From the sequence record PV796108.1: a DNA stretch of 64,000 nucleotides; one strand, 5' to 3'. Numbering within the stretch: position 1 is the stretch's first letter; each line of letters starts with the position of its first letter. This document shows, one piece after another, positions 45,575-53,997 of the stretch. The position numbers and the translations under genes were made by a program. A model generated the notes under the pieces. It was not told where the DNA came from. It did not search any database and saw only the letters and a list, made by a program, of their open reading frames with translations.

Positions 45575-46225
45575 ATGTACCTACATGTTTATCAAGAGTA
45601 CAAATCAAGTTATAATAAAGAAACTGTTAAATTTACAAATAAACTTATCAATGTACCTCTTAAAATTAGAGATACATTGTCACCTAGAACAATTTATTAT
45701 CCATGTTACAATCATTTTGCTCCTTGTGCTTCAAATCTTATGATTTATGATGTATTAGGAATGACTGAAGATGATTTTTATGGAAGAAGTGCTTGGGGTG
45801 GGAAAGAAACACTCCATGTAGGTGGTGGCTCATTTCGTCTTGTTGAATCTATTGAAATGGTTAAACCTGTTATTCTTGTGAAAGTTAAGCCTAACAATCA
45901 TAAAATATGGAAACATTTCGTTGGATTTACTTTAAGAGTTTTAATTCCAAGGCATCAAATGCATATGGAAAACAATTATGAAATGAATACTCATTTATTT
46001 TTTGATAGTTTTGTTTCAAGTCAATGTCCGCATGAAATTAGGGTGAATGCTTGGGGTAATGATTACGAGGAAAGAATTCATCCAATGTATGACCACTTAA
46101 AAGGTCTTCATGCTCATACTAGTTATTTGCATTACATTCCAAAGAAAATTGTTGATATCGTCTCAGAAGCTGAGATGTTTCAAAATAAATTAATCGAACA
46201 AGGAAAAGGAGAGGTTTTAATATGA
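45575..46225 (+). CDS. Hypothetical protein
   Basis: 216 aa, AGGAGG SD. Confidence 0.75.
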   Translation: MYLHVYQEYKSSYNKETVKFTNKLINVPLKIRDTLSPRTIYYPCYNHFAPCASNLMIYDVLGMTEDDFYGRSAWGGKETLHVGGGSFRLVESIEMVKPVILVKVKPNNHKIWKHFVGFTLRVLIPRHQMHMENNYEMNTHLFFDSFVSSQCPHEIRVNAWGNDYEERIHPMYDHLKGLHAHTSYLHYIPKKIVDIVSEAEMFQNKLIEQGKGEVLI

Positions 46226-46938
46226 CAATCACAATCAAAATTCAAAAGGTAACAGTTCCAGCTTTAGAAAACTTAACACTTGAGGGCGTGGAATTACAAG
46301 TTGAAAATCCATTAACTGCTTTAACTGGTGGCGGTATTCATTCAAGCATTGCTGATTTAGTAGAAGCAATTATTGCAGATGCAGAGCAAGAAGCAGGTAA
46401 CGAGCCTGATATTGATGCTGATTTCCCTGATGATATGCCTGATGGACTTCGTGCATTCTTAGAAGCACAACGAGCTGCTCAACAAGAAGTGAAAAAAGAA
46501 CATCCAGGTTTTACAACTTCTTTCCCGTTCGCAGGTAACATTCAAGCTGGATTTAATCCATTAGAAAGTTTAAAAATCCCTAATCAAGTGGATATTGCAA
46601 AGGAATTAGGTAAGTTACATATTCCTACTAAAGAAGAAATTGCTGAACAACTACAACAAATGGATGGTTTCCCATTCGGTAAGTTAATTAAAGTTGGTGT
46701 TCCAACTGAAGGTAATGAAGAAGGTGCTAGCGACTTTCTTAAAGCGTTAAAAGCAGCAACTGAGCAAGCTGAAGAAGGCGGCGGTGTTGGATTCCCAGGT
46801 TTACCAACATGTATCGTTGCTGGAGAAGGTATCAATCCTCAAGCAATTGACCCAGCTGTAGCAATCAAGATGTTGGCTCAGGCTGGTGCATTAGGCAACA
46901 TTGCTAACATTTCAGCTTTTAAGAAAGGGATTAAGTAA
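46222..46938 (+). CDS. Acidic low-complexity hypothetical protein
   Basis: 238 aa, recurring GFP/GFN motifs. Confidence 0.75.
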   Translation: MTITIKIQKVTVPALENLTLEGVELQVENPLTALTGGGIHSSIADLVEAIIADAEQEAGNEPDIDADFPDDMPDGLRAFLEAQRAAQQEVKKEHPGFTTSFPFAGNIQAGFNPLESLKIPNQVDIAKELGKLHIPTKEEIAEQLQQMDGFPFGKLIKVGVPTEGNEEGASDFLKALKAATEQAEEGGGVGFPGLPTCIVAGEGINPQAIDPAVAIKMLAQAGALGNIANISAFKKGIK

Positions 46939-46978
46939 GCGGCTCTTATGAGCTGCTTTCTTTTTTATCTAGGGGGAT

Positions 46979-47458
46979 ATGAAAATGATTAGATTTTATA
47001 TTTTCAACCATACAACTGTTAGAAGACAAACTGAAGCATTCTTTCAGAAACATGGATTAAAATATGAAGCAAAATCAACAAGAGAGATATCATTTAATTT
47101 GTTTTGTGATATGTTAAGTAAAACGGTTGATGGAATAGGAGACATTATTAATCTTAAATCTCCAATTTTCGAAAAGAATAAGGTTGACCCAGAAGAATTA
47201 ACGTTAAGTCAGCTTTATGCTTTTGGAATGCAACACATTGACATATTCAAGAAACCAATTATCTTTAATGGTGAGAAGACTTCAGGTGGCATAACCGAGA
47301 ATTCATTAAATAGTTTCTTACCAAGTAAGGCACGTAGACAAACACTCAATCGAATCCTGACTCAAATTCGTGTAATCGAAGACAAGAGAGAGGAGGAGAG
47401 AATACAACAAGAACTAGCAAGACAACAACGAAAGAAAGTGAGTGTAACCACATCATGA
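46979..47458 (+). CDS. Spx/ArsC-family transcription factor homolog lacking CxxC
   Basis: Colinear with Spx: TVDGIGDII (TEDGTDEII), LYAF..QH, FKKPII (LRRPII), SFLPSKAR (RFLPRKVR); no Cys pair at the N-terminus. Confidence 0.8.
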   Translation: MKMIRFYIFNHTTVRRQTEAFFQKHGLKYEAKSTREISFNLFCDMLSKTVDGIGDIINLKSPIFEKNKVDPEELTLSQLYAFGMQHIDIFKKPIIFNGEKTSGGITENSLNSFLPSKARRQTLNRILTQIRVIEDKREEERIQQELARQQRKKVSVTTS

Positions 47459-47557
47459 TGTATTATGGAATTGTATTAGGATTTACAGGAGCATTTGTTT
47501 CATCAACGATCTTTGGTATTATTGTAAGTTTATTTTCTATTTAAAGGAGAGATTCAT

Positions 47558-47830
47558 ATGTTAACAAAAGTAGAAACTGGTACTCATAAGTTTGAACTAG
47601 ATATTCCGTTGGTTGATAGAACGATTCATCTAGCAAAACAAACTTGTCCACATTGCGATGTTGTTATCGGTGAAGGAATCTTCATTGATACGATTGATGA
47701 GAAAGAAATGGTTACAAAAGGTGATATTCACCAATGTCCAAATTGTAGTGAGTTTTATGGGGTAATGGATAAACCAGTATTTCCACAAGGAATTGATACG
47801 ATCTGGACAAAGGTTAAAATTAAAAAATAA
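47558..47830 (+). CDS. Zn-ribbon protein
   Basis: CPHCD...CPNCS. Confidence 0.75.
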   Translation: MLTKVETGTHKFELDIPLVDRTIHLAKQTCPHCDVVIGEGIFIDTIDEKEMVTKGDIHQCPNCSEFYGVMDKPVFPQGIDTIWTKVKIKK

Positions 47831-47866
47831 TGGGAGTTACGGCTCCCTGAGAAAGGAGGGGGCAAG

Positions 47867-48046
47867 ATGAACTTGTTCGCATATCATTTAGTAGAACAGC
47901 TAATAACAGATTATACAGAACAGAACCCAACGGCATCATTTGACGATGTAAAAGGGCGAGTTCATCAGCATTTTAATATCCACACATCTCAAGCAGATGA
48001 TATGATTAATGTGTTGATTCGTCGAGGTATGAGACGGGCAGGATAG
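47867..48046 (+). CDS. 59-aa hypothetical protein
   Basis: AAAGGAGG SD; not in track. Confidence 0.6.
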   Translation: MNLFAYHLVEQLITDYTEQNPTASFDDVKGRVHQHFNIHTSQADDMINVLIRRGMRRAG

Positions 48047-48141
48047 TTTCCTGTCTAAAGTAGGAAAGAGGGTTGCTTCCCCCGCACCCACACTCCCTTT
48101 TTCCTGCTTTAGAGAAGGAATTATTCTTCTAGGAGGTAATT

Positions 48142-48468
48142 ATGGTTACATTATCAAGTAAGAAACTTCTTCGTAAGTATTATTTCAAAGCTTTTTGTAA
48201 GTACAACAAGTCATTAGTACTTCCTTTATCTTTAGTACTTATCATCTTAGGTGGTATTTGCTGGGCAAAAGGAGAAAGTTGGTTTGTATTTTTAGTAACA
48301 GTTATTGTTCCTATGATTCTAGCTTTATTCATTTCTGTTATTCATTTTCATGTTGAAATTAAGCCGATGGTAAAAATCGTCTTAGTAGAAGCAATTGAAG
48401 AATGGAATCAAGAAAGTTTGAACATCGAATATTCATCATTACAAAGTAAGTTCAATCGTACTTACTAA
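48142..48468 (+). CDS. Two-TM membrane protein
   Basis: 108 aa, AGGAGG SD. Confidence 0.7.
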   Translation: MVTLSSKKLLRKYYFKAFCKYNKSLVLPLSLVLIILGGICWAKGESWFVFLVTVIVPMILALFISVIHFHVEIKPMVKIVLVEAIEEWNQESLNIEYSSLQSKFNRTY

Positions 48469-48479
48469 GGAGGGTAATT

Positions 48480-48824
48480 ATGGATTTTAAAAATGCAGAA
48501 GATGCACAAAGGTTTATTCATTTTCATCCTAACTTATCTTTAGAAATAAAGAGAGCGGCAGATGGAGCTGTAATGGATTATTTACACAAAGGCATTCAGA
48601 TTCAATTAAAGCAATACAAGTTTGATGATAAAGTTGGTTTTAGTAGATATATGGATGGTTTTACTTTATCAGTTGGTGTTCCTCATTCTGATCCATCATC
48701 TATTACAGACCCTTACAACAATGAAATAGAGGTAATTGGGGATACATTAGAAGAAACTTTTATTAATTTGGCTAATAAAGTCTATGAAATGTATGGGACT
48801 TATCCTCAGTACAGAACTTATTAG
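48480..48824 (+). CDS. Hypothetical protein
   Basis: 114 aa, GGAGG SD. Confidence 0.7.
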   Translation: MDFKNAEDAQRFIHFHPNLSLEIKRAADGAVMDYLHKGIQIQLKQYKFDDKVGFSRYMDGFTLSVGVPHSDPSSITDPYNNEIEVIGDTLEETFINLANKVYEMYGTYPQYRTY

Positions 48825-48942
48825 TTTTTGTTAATTTTAAGGAGGTGATAAGCATGACTCGTGAAGAATGGAATGAATTCGCAGAACATCTTGCTCACAG
48901 CTCTGTCCATGAAATTACAGAATTGAAAGGAGATAACTAATT

Positions 48943-49752
48943 ATGTTTCAAAAAGGTATGAACGTTTATTATATTGAGGTTCAAGAAGGTGCTTCATCTT
49001 TTAATTTCTTTATGCCATATGAAGATGCTCAAGATGTAGTCAACTTTATTCAAAATACACCAGGTATTTCAATTAAAAATCATGGTGAAGGTATTATTCA
49101 AACGGAGGTAACAGATGCTTCTCTACGTGATATGGAAAAACTTGACCTTCCTACTGATTATTGTTTTAAAGTTAATTTTCAAGGTAGTCATGCAGTACTA
49201 GTTGATGGTACTTGTCGTTATTCTTCTAAACTTATTCAATTAGCGAAAGGGGAGATAGAAGAAGTGGTAGTTGAACAATCAGAAGAAGTCGTTCAACAAG
49301 TTATACAACAAGACCCGAAACAATCTGCTAAAGATGCATTAAAAGCAAAAATGGCTCAAACTCAAGCGAAACCAGCAGTTCAAGTTGGTCAGCAACCAGT
49401 CGTTACAGTAGGTCAATCACCAGTTGTTACAGCTGGCCCAGCACCTCAGCAACGAGATGATTCATTAAATGCGATTCGTCAGCAAACGCAAGAACAAAAA
49501 GCAACTCATGTATCACCTGTTGTTGGTAGACCAGTTACAATTGGTGCAGCAGTTAATTTACCAACTACAAGACAGATTGGTACTCAGCAGAAAACAGCTG
49601 CTTTTACTCCATCACCTACTCCACAAAAAAGTAAGATGGATAAGATTTATGATTTATTATTATCACAACAGCAAGATAATCAGCAGTTAGTAGCTGAAGT
49701 TCAACAGTTACGAGCTGAGGTTCAAGCGTTAACACAGGCTTTATATCAATAG
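48943..49752 (+). CDS. Protein with Q/P/V-rich linker and C-terminal coiled coil
   Basis: 269 aa; followed by a terminator at 49751-49774. Confidence 0.75.
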   Translation: MFQKGMNVYYIEVQEGASSFNFFMPYEDAQDVVNFIQNTPGISIKNHGEGIIQTEVTDASLRDMEKLDLPTDYCFKVNFQGSHAVLVDGTCRYSSKLIQLAKGEIEEVVVEQSEEVVQQVIQQDPKQSAKDALKAKMAQTQAKPAVQVGQQPVVTVGQSPVVTAGPAPQQRDDSLNAIRQQTQEQKATHVSPVVGRPVTIGAAVNLPTTRQIGTQQKTAAFTPSPTPQKSKMDKIYDLLLSQQQDNQQLVAEVQQLRAEVQALTQALYQ

Positions 49753-49806
49753 GCGGGAGAAATCCCGTCTTTTTATTATATTTTAGTAAATTTTTCTAAA
49801 TATTTT

Positions 49807-49835
49807 TTTACTTTCTACAGCTTTTTTCTTATAAT
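49807..49835 (+). promoter_or_regulatory. SigmaA-like promoter upstream of the 49895-58651 cluster
   Basis: TTTACT-N17-TATAAT. Confidence 0.6.
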
Positions 49836-49894
49836 AGTAATGGGATATAGGAAAAAGGTTGTTAGAGTAAAAAAATCAAACAAACGAAGGAGAG

Positions 49895-51376
49895 ATGGAA
49901 GTGGCAAAATTAGTAGGTATCGCTCGTGTTTTAAAAGGTGCTCGTTTTAAATGGTCTGGAGAGGACTTTGAGGTAGTTATCGCAGGTTCTGACCCAGTAG
50001 TTAAAACAAATCTTCATGGAGAGGACAAAGAAGTTGGCAACTTATCTACTTTTATTACAGAAGATGTTTCTGATGTAAATGTAATTGTTGGTGACGCATT
50101 TGTTAAACCTGAAGCACCTTCACACGAATCAACAATCAAGGAAAAATTAAAAGCTAAAGCTCGTTCGAAGAAACCATCACTTGAGTTTCGTCCTGATAGT
50201 ATTACGATCTCTGGTGGCTCAATTGACACATCAGCAATTACCAAGAAACAATTGGGTACTGATACAAAAGTGAGTAAGCTTTCATCTGAAGTTGGTAAAC
50301 TTAAAGTTGGTGCTCGTTTAACTTCTGACCGAGTAACTTCAGTAGAAAGTAAAGTTGATTCAACAGCATCAGTTGCTCAACGTGCTGAACGATTAGCTGG
50401 TTATGCATTAGATCAAAATCAAGCAGTAGCAGATTTCCATCAGTCGGAAATCGAAAAAGTTGCTCGTCGTGTTGGAAAATTAGAAGTTAAAAATGAACTT
50501 ACAAAAACTAAGGAGGAAAATTCAATGAACTTACAACAAAAATTCGCTCAAAAATCTCAAGAGGTAGCTAACCGTAATAACTTACAGGAGAAATTCGCTG
50601 CAAAATCGGCTTCAAAACAGAAGGGATTTGGTTCTATGTTAAACAACTTCAAAGGTCTATTCGGTAAAGTAGAAGATTTATTTGCATTCTCTCCACTTAC
50701 AGGTGGTTTAGCTGTTAAGAAGAAAGATGGCGGTTTAGTAGCTTATCAAGATGGTGGTTTAACTGATGTTTCTGGTTTATCTTTAGACTTCAATGTACCA
50801 GCATTCAAGTTACCAGTAGCTGCAAAAGATGTGAAAGCTGGAGACGCTGTTCTTCATAACGGTGAAGTTGCTTACGTTATCGGAGTAAACGATGACTACT
50901 TAGAAACAATCGTACCAGAAAAAGGTTCTAAAGGTTCTGTATTACCTGTTAAGAACGTATTGTTCGGTCAAGCATTCTATGTTGTTGTTAAAACATTAGA
51001 TGCAGCTGGTAACGGTGGTTTCGACCCAATGTTACTTATGGCATTAGGTGATGGAAACAAAGACGACTTACTTCCACTTCTTTTAATGGGTGGAGGTTTA
51101 GGCGGTAATGGCGCTCAAGCTGGTGGAATCGACCCAATGATGTTAATGATGATGGGCGACAAAACTGATGACTTATTACCACTTATCTTAATGCAACAAG
51201 GTGGTTTAACTGGTCAAGGTTTCAATCCTTTATTGTTCTTACTTGGAGACGACAAAGGTTCTAAAAAGGATTTACTTCCATTACTTCTTATGCAACAAGG
51301 TGGAGGTCTTTTCGGTGGACAAGCAGCACCAGCTCCATCTGCACCAGTAGTAGAAGTTAAAAAAGATCAAAAGTAA
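49895..51376 (+). CDS. Protein with conserved beta domain and three Gly/Met/Leu-rich DP..DDLLP repeats
   Basis: C-terminal half is paralogous to 51514 (FGKVE..FAFSP.TGGLAV...DF.VPAFKLPV). Confidence 0.8.
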   Translation: MEVAKLVGIARVLKGARFKWSGEDFEVVIAGSDPVVKTNLHGEDKEVGNLSTFITEDVSDVNVIVGDAFVKPEAPSHESTIKEKLKAKARSKKPSLEFRPDSITISGGSIDTSAITKKQLGTDTKVSKLSSEVGKLKVGARLTSDRVTSVESKVDSTASVAQRAERLAGYALDQNQAVADFHQSEIEKVARRVGKLEVKNELTKTKEENSMNLQQKFAQKSQEVANRNNLQEKFAAKSASKQKGFGSMLNNFKGLFGKVEDLFAFSPLTGGLAVKKKDGGLVAYQDGGLTDVSGLSLDFNVPAFKLPVAAKDVKAGDAVLHNGEVAYVIGVNDDYLETIVPEKGSKGSVLPVKNVLFGQAFYVVVKTLDAAGNGGFDPMLLMALGDGNKDDLLPLLLMGGGLGGNGAQAGGIDPMMLMMMGDKTDDLLPLILMQQGGLTGQGFNPLLFLLGDDKGSKKDLLPLLLMQQGGGLFGGQAAPAPSAPVVEVKKDQK

Positions 51377-51402
51377 TTCCCAATTAAAAATGATGAGATG
51401 TA

Positions 51403-51432
51403 AAAGAGGGGTGTAACCCATCCCTCTTTTTT
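51403..51432 (+). terminator. Intrinsic terminator
   Basis: AAAGAGGG / CCCTCTTT stem plus T-run. Confidence 0.65.
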
Positions 51433-51513
51433 ATAATTTGTTTTATAAGTTCTTTTATAAAATATAGAAGGACTTACAAACAAATTATAGGAAAATAGAG
51501 GAGGAAGTTTATT

Positions 51514-52320
51514 ATGAAAAACTTATTAGCAGGTGTAAAAGGTCAATTTGGAAAGGTAGAGAACGTATTTGCATTTTCACCAGTAACAGGCGGTCTAGCA
51601 GTTCGTGTTGGTTATGGTAAAGAGTTCGTTGCATTCCAAGATGGTCAATTAGTAGATGTTGCAGGTCTAACTCTTGATTTCAAAGTACCAGCGTTCAAAT
51701 TACCAGTGAATGCTTCAGAAGTAAAAGCTGGCGATGTTGTTCAAAATGGTGCTGAATACTTATATGTTACAGCAGTAGCTGATGGTTATGTAGAAGCTGT
51801 ATCTCCAGCTCGTCGTGAAAAAGTGAATGTATTACCAACTACGAATCTATTATTCGGTAAACCATTCTTCACTGTTGTTCGTACTATCGACGGAGCAGGT
51901 GCTGGTTTCGACCCAACAATGCTTATGTTAATGTCTGATGGTGGAAGCAAAGAAGACTTACTTCCATTCTTACTTATGTCTGGTGGCTTAAATGGTCAAC
52001 AAGGACAAATGAATCCAATGATGCTTATGGCTCTTCAGGATTCTACTGATGACCTATTACCTCTTTTACTCATGCAACAAGGTGGCGCATTAGGTGAAGG
52101 TTTCAATCCATTAATGATGCTTGCAATGGGTGGAGACAAAGGCGGTAAGTTAAATGATTTACTTCCACTTATGATGATGCAACAAGGTGGAGGCGCTGCT
52201 GGTGGTATTAACCCAATGATGCTTATGATGATGGGTGACGGCGGTTCTGACATGAAAGACTTGATGATGATGCAAGCTTTATCAGGTGGAAATGGCTTCA
52301 ATCTTTTCGGAGCTAAGTAA
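51514..52320 (+). CDS. Paralog of 49895 with four Gly/Met/Leu-rich repeats
   Basis: 268 aa, GAGGAGG SD. Confidence 0.8.
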   Translation: MKNLLAGVKGQFGKVENVFAFSPVTGGLAVRVGYGKEFVAFQDGQLVDVAGLTLDFKVPAFKLPVNASEVKAGDVVQNGAEYLYVTAVADGYVEAVSPARREKVNVLPTTNLLFGKPFFTVVRTIDGAGAGFDPTMLMLMSDGGSKEDLLPFLLMSGGLNGQQGQMNPMMLMALQDSTDDLLPLLLMQQGGALGEGFNPLMMLAMGGDKGGKLNDLLPLMMMQQGGGAAGGINPMMLMMMGDGGSDMKDLMMMQALSGGNGFNLFGAK

Positions 52321-52526
52321 TGGATTTCGGTAATATGAACCCGAAAGAGTTACGAGCTATGGCAAGAAAGTTAAATGCCATGGCTCAAGCTCTTGAGTTG
52401 GCTCAAAATCCAGAAAAGTTCATGCAAAAGAAAGTCCGTTCTAAAATGAATGGTGTTAAACGTAAAATGAAGAATCAAGTTATCAATGGTGTTTTGGGTA
52501 ATTCACTTTCCAATAAATCAAAATGA
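52320..52526 (+). CDS. Small basic helical protein
   Basis: 68 aa, TAATG-coupled to 51514. Confidence 0.7.
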   Translation: MDFGNMNPKELRAMARKLNAMAQALELAQNPEKFMQKKVRSKMNGVKRKMKNQVINGVLGNSLSNKSK

Positions 52527-52628
52527 GTTTATCATTAAGACTTGGAAAGCCATGTATTGGATGTAAGTTCATTGAACTTTTATCATAAAAAATAAAAAAA
52601 ATTGACAATTGAAAGGGAGTTATTAATT

Positions 52629-53480
52629 ATGCGTAAAGTAGTATATGGTTCAACAACAGTAGACATCGAGGACAACAACTTAACAGTACAGGACATTCGT
52701 GAGGTAATGTCTGAAACATACCCTGAGTTAGCAAATGCAACACACACTGAAGCTGATGGCGTTATTACATTTAAAGTCCAAGCTGGTACAAAAGGTGCGG
52801 TTCGTATTGTTAAGTATGGTTCAACAACAATCGACATCGAAGATGATGCTCTAACTGTAAATGATATCCGTGAAGTAATGGCGGAAACTTACCCTGAATT
52901 AGCCAATGCATCTCATACACAAGAGGGTAACGTAATCGAGTTCAAGGTACAAGCAGGAACAAAAGGAGCCGTACGAGTTGTTAAGTACGGTTCCACTTCA
53001 ATTGATATCGAAGACGATGCATTAACTGTCAACGATATTCGTGAGGTAATGGCTGAGACTTATCCTGAACTTGCTAACGCTTCACATACACAGGAAGGTA
53101 ACGTAATCGAATTTAAAGTGCAAGCTGGTACGAAAGGTGCTGTCCGTGTTGTAAAATACGGTAGCACTTCTATCGACATTGAGGATGATGCATTGACTGT
53201 TAATGACATCCGTGAGGTAATGGCTGAGACTTATCCTGAGTTGGCTAATGCGTCTCATACTCAAGAAGGCAATGTTATTGAGTTCAAGGTGCAAGCTGGA
53301 ACCAAAGGTGCTACTCGTGTAGTAAAATATGGTTCTACTACAATTGATATCGAGGATGACGCTTTAACAGTTAACGACATTCGTGAAGTAATGGCTGAAA
53401 CGTATCCAGAACTAGCAAATGCTTCTCACACTCAAGAGGGCAATGTGATCGAATTTAAAGTACAAGCAGGTACAAAAGGT
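52629..53480 (+). repeat. Five in-frame tandem repeats (168 + 4 x 171 bp)
   Basis: Units 52629-52796, 52797-52967, 52968-53138, 53139-53309, 53310-53480. Confidence 0.95.
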
Positions 53481-53528
53481 GGTCTTGAGTTCTTCAAAGC
53501 TATTGCACCAAAATTAAGAAAGAAGTAA
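52629..53528 (+). CDS. Polyubiquitin-like precursor: five tandem prokaryotic Ubl domains (PRTRC protein C / Prok_Ub-like) plus 15-aa tail
   Basis: Start at ATG 52629 after AAGGGAG. Units of 56/57 aa with YPEL and terminal F-K-V-Q-A-G-T-K-G, matching the remembered YPEL...GTKG signature of PRTRC protein C. Confidence 0.88.
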   Translation: MRKVVYGSTTVDIEDNNLTVQDIREVMSETYPELANATHTEADGVITFKVQAGTKGAVRIVKYGSTTIDIEDDALTVNDIREVMAETYPELANASHTQEGNVIEFKVQAGTKGAVRVVKYGSTSIDIEDDALTVNDIREVMAETYPELANASHTQEGNVIEFKVQAGTKGAVRVVKYGSTSIDIEDDALTVNDIREVMAETYPELANASHTQEGNVIEFKVQAGTKGATRVVKYGSTTIDIEDDALTVNDIREVMAETYPELANASHTQEGNVIEFKVQAGTKGGLEFFKAIAPKLRKK

Positions 53529-53535
53529 TATGAAT

Positions 53536-53568
53536 GGGATGGAGGCCTTGGGCTTTCATCCCTTTTTT
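53536..53568 (+). terminator. Intrinsic terminator after the poly-Ubl gene
   Basis: GGGATGGAGGCC / GGCTTTCATCCC stem plus T6. Confidence 0.7.
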
Positions 53569-53608
53569 CGGTGTAATTATATTTGTATTATTAAAAGGAG
53601 GTAATTGT

Positions 53609-53983
53609 ATGAGTCAAGAAGCTACAGATTTACAAGTTTCATTGGAAAGTATTCTTACAGATGACGGTGAAGAAACAGTTCCAGCACCTGAAACAAGAAG
53701 TTCATGGGAGGTTGCAGGTTTTGGTGGTCTTGAGGCATTTGTTTGTGAGAGATTAGAAGCTTTACCAAACCAACCAATTGTTAATGGTACAGTGAAAGCT
53801 AATGTTGAAAGAATTATGTCAGCAGAAAAGGTTGAGGATTTAAGTGATATCTCAACTGGTACTTTAGAAACAATTGTAGAAGAATTAAGACGTTCAGTTA
53901 ATAGTCATTTAAGTCGTCTTGATGATTTTGCGCCTCGTGTTGGTCGTGCAATGCCAATTGAAAGAGAAAGTGACTTTATCTAA
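53609..53983 (+). CDS. Acidic hypothetical protein in the Ubl operon
   Basis: Start moved to ATG 53609 after AAAGGAGG; 124 aa. Confidence 0.75.
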   Translation: MSQEATDLQVSLESILTDDGEETVPAPETRSSWEVAGFGGLEAFVCERLEALPNQPIVNGTVKANVERIMSAEKVEDLSDISTGTLETIVEELRRSVNSHLSRLDDFAPRVGRAMPIERESDFI

Positions 53984-53997
53984 AGGAGGGAATTAAC

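Noticed and set aside
52629-53480. CRISPR array or assembly artefact as the explanation for the repeats
   Set aside because: There are no spacers, the units are in-frame, and they differ at many synonymous sites. No CRISPR array was seen anywhere in the window.
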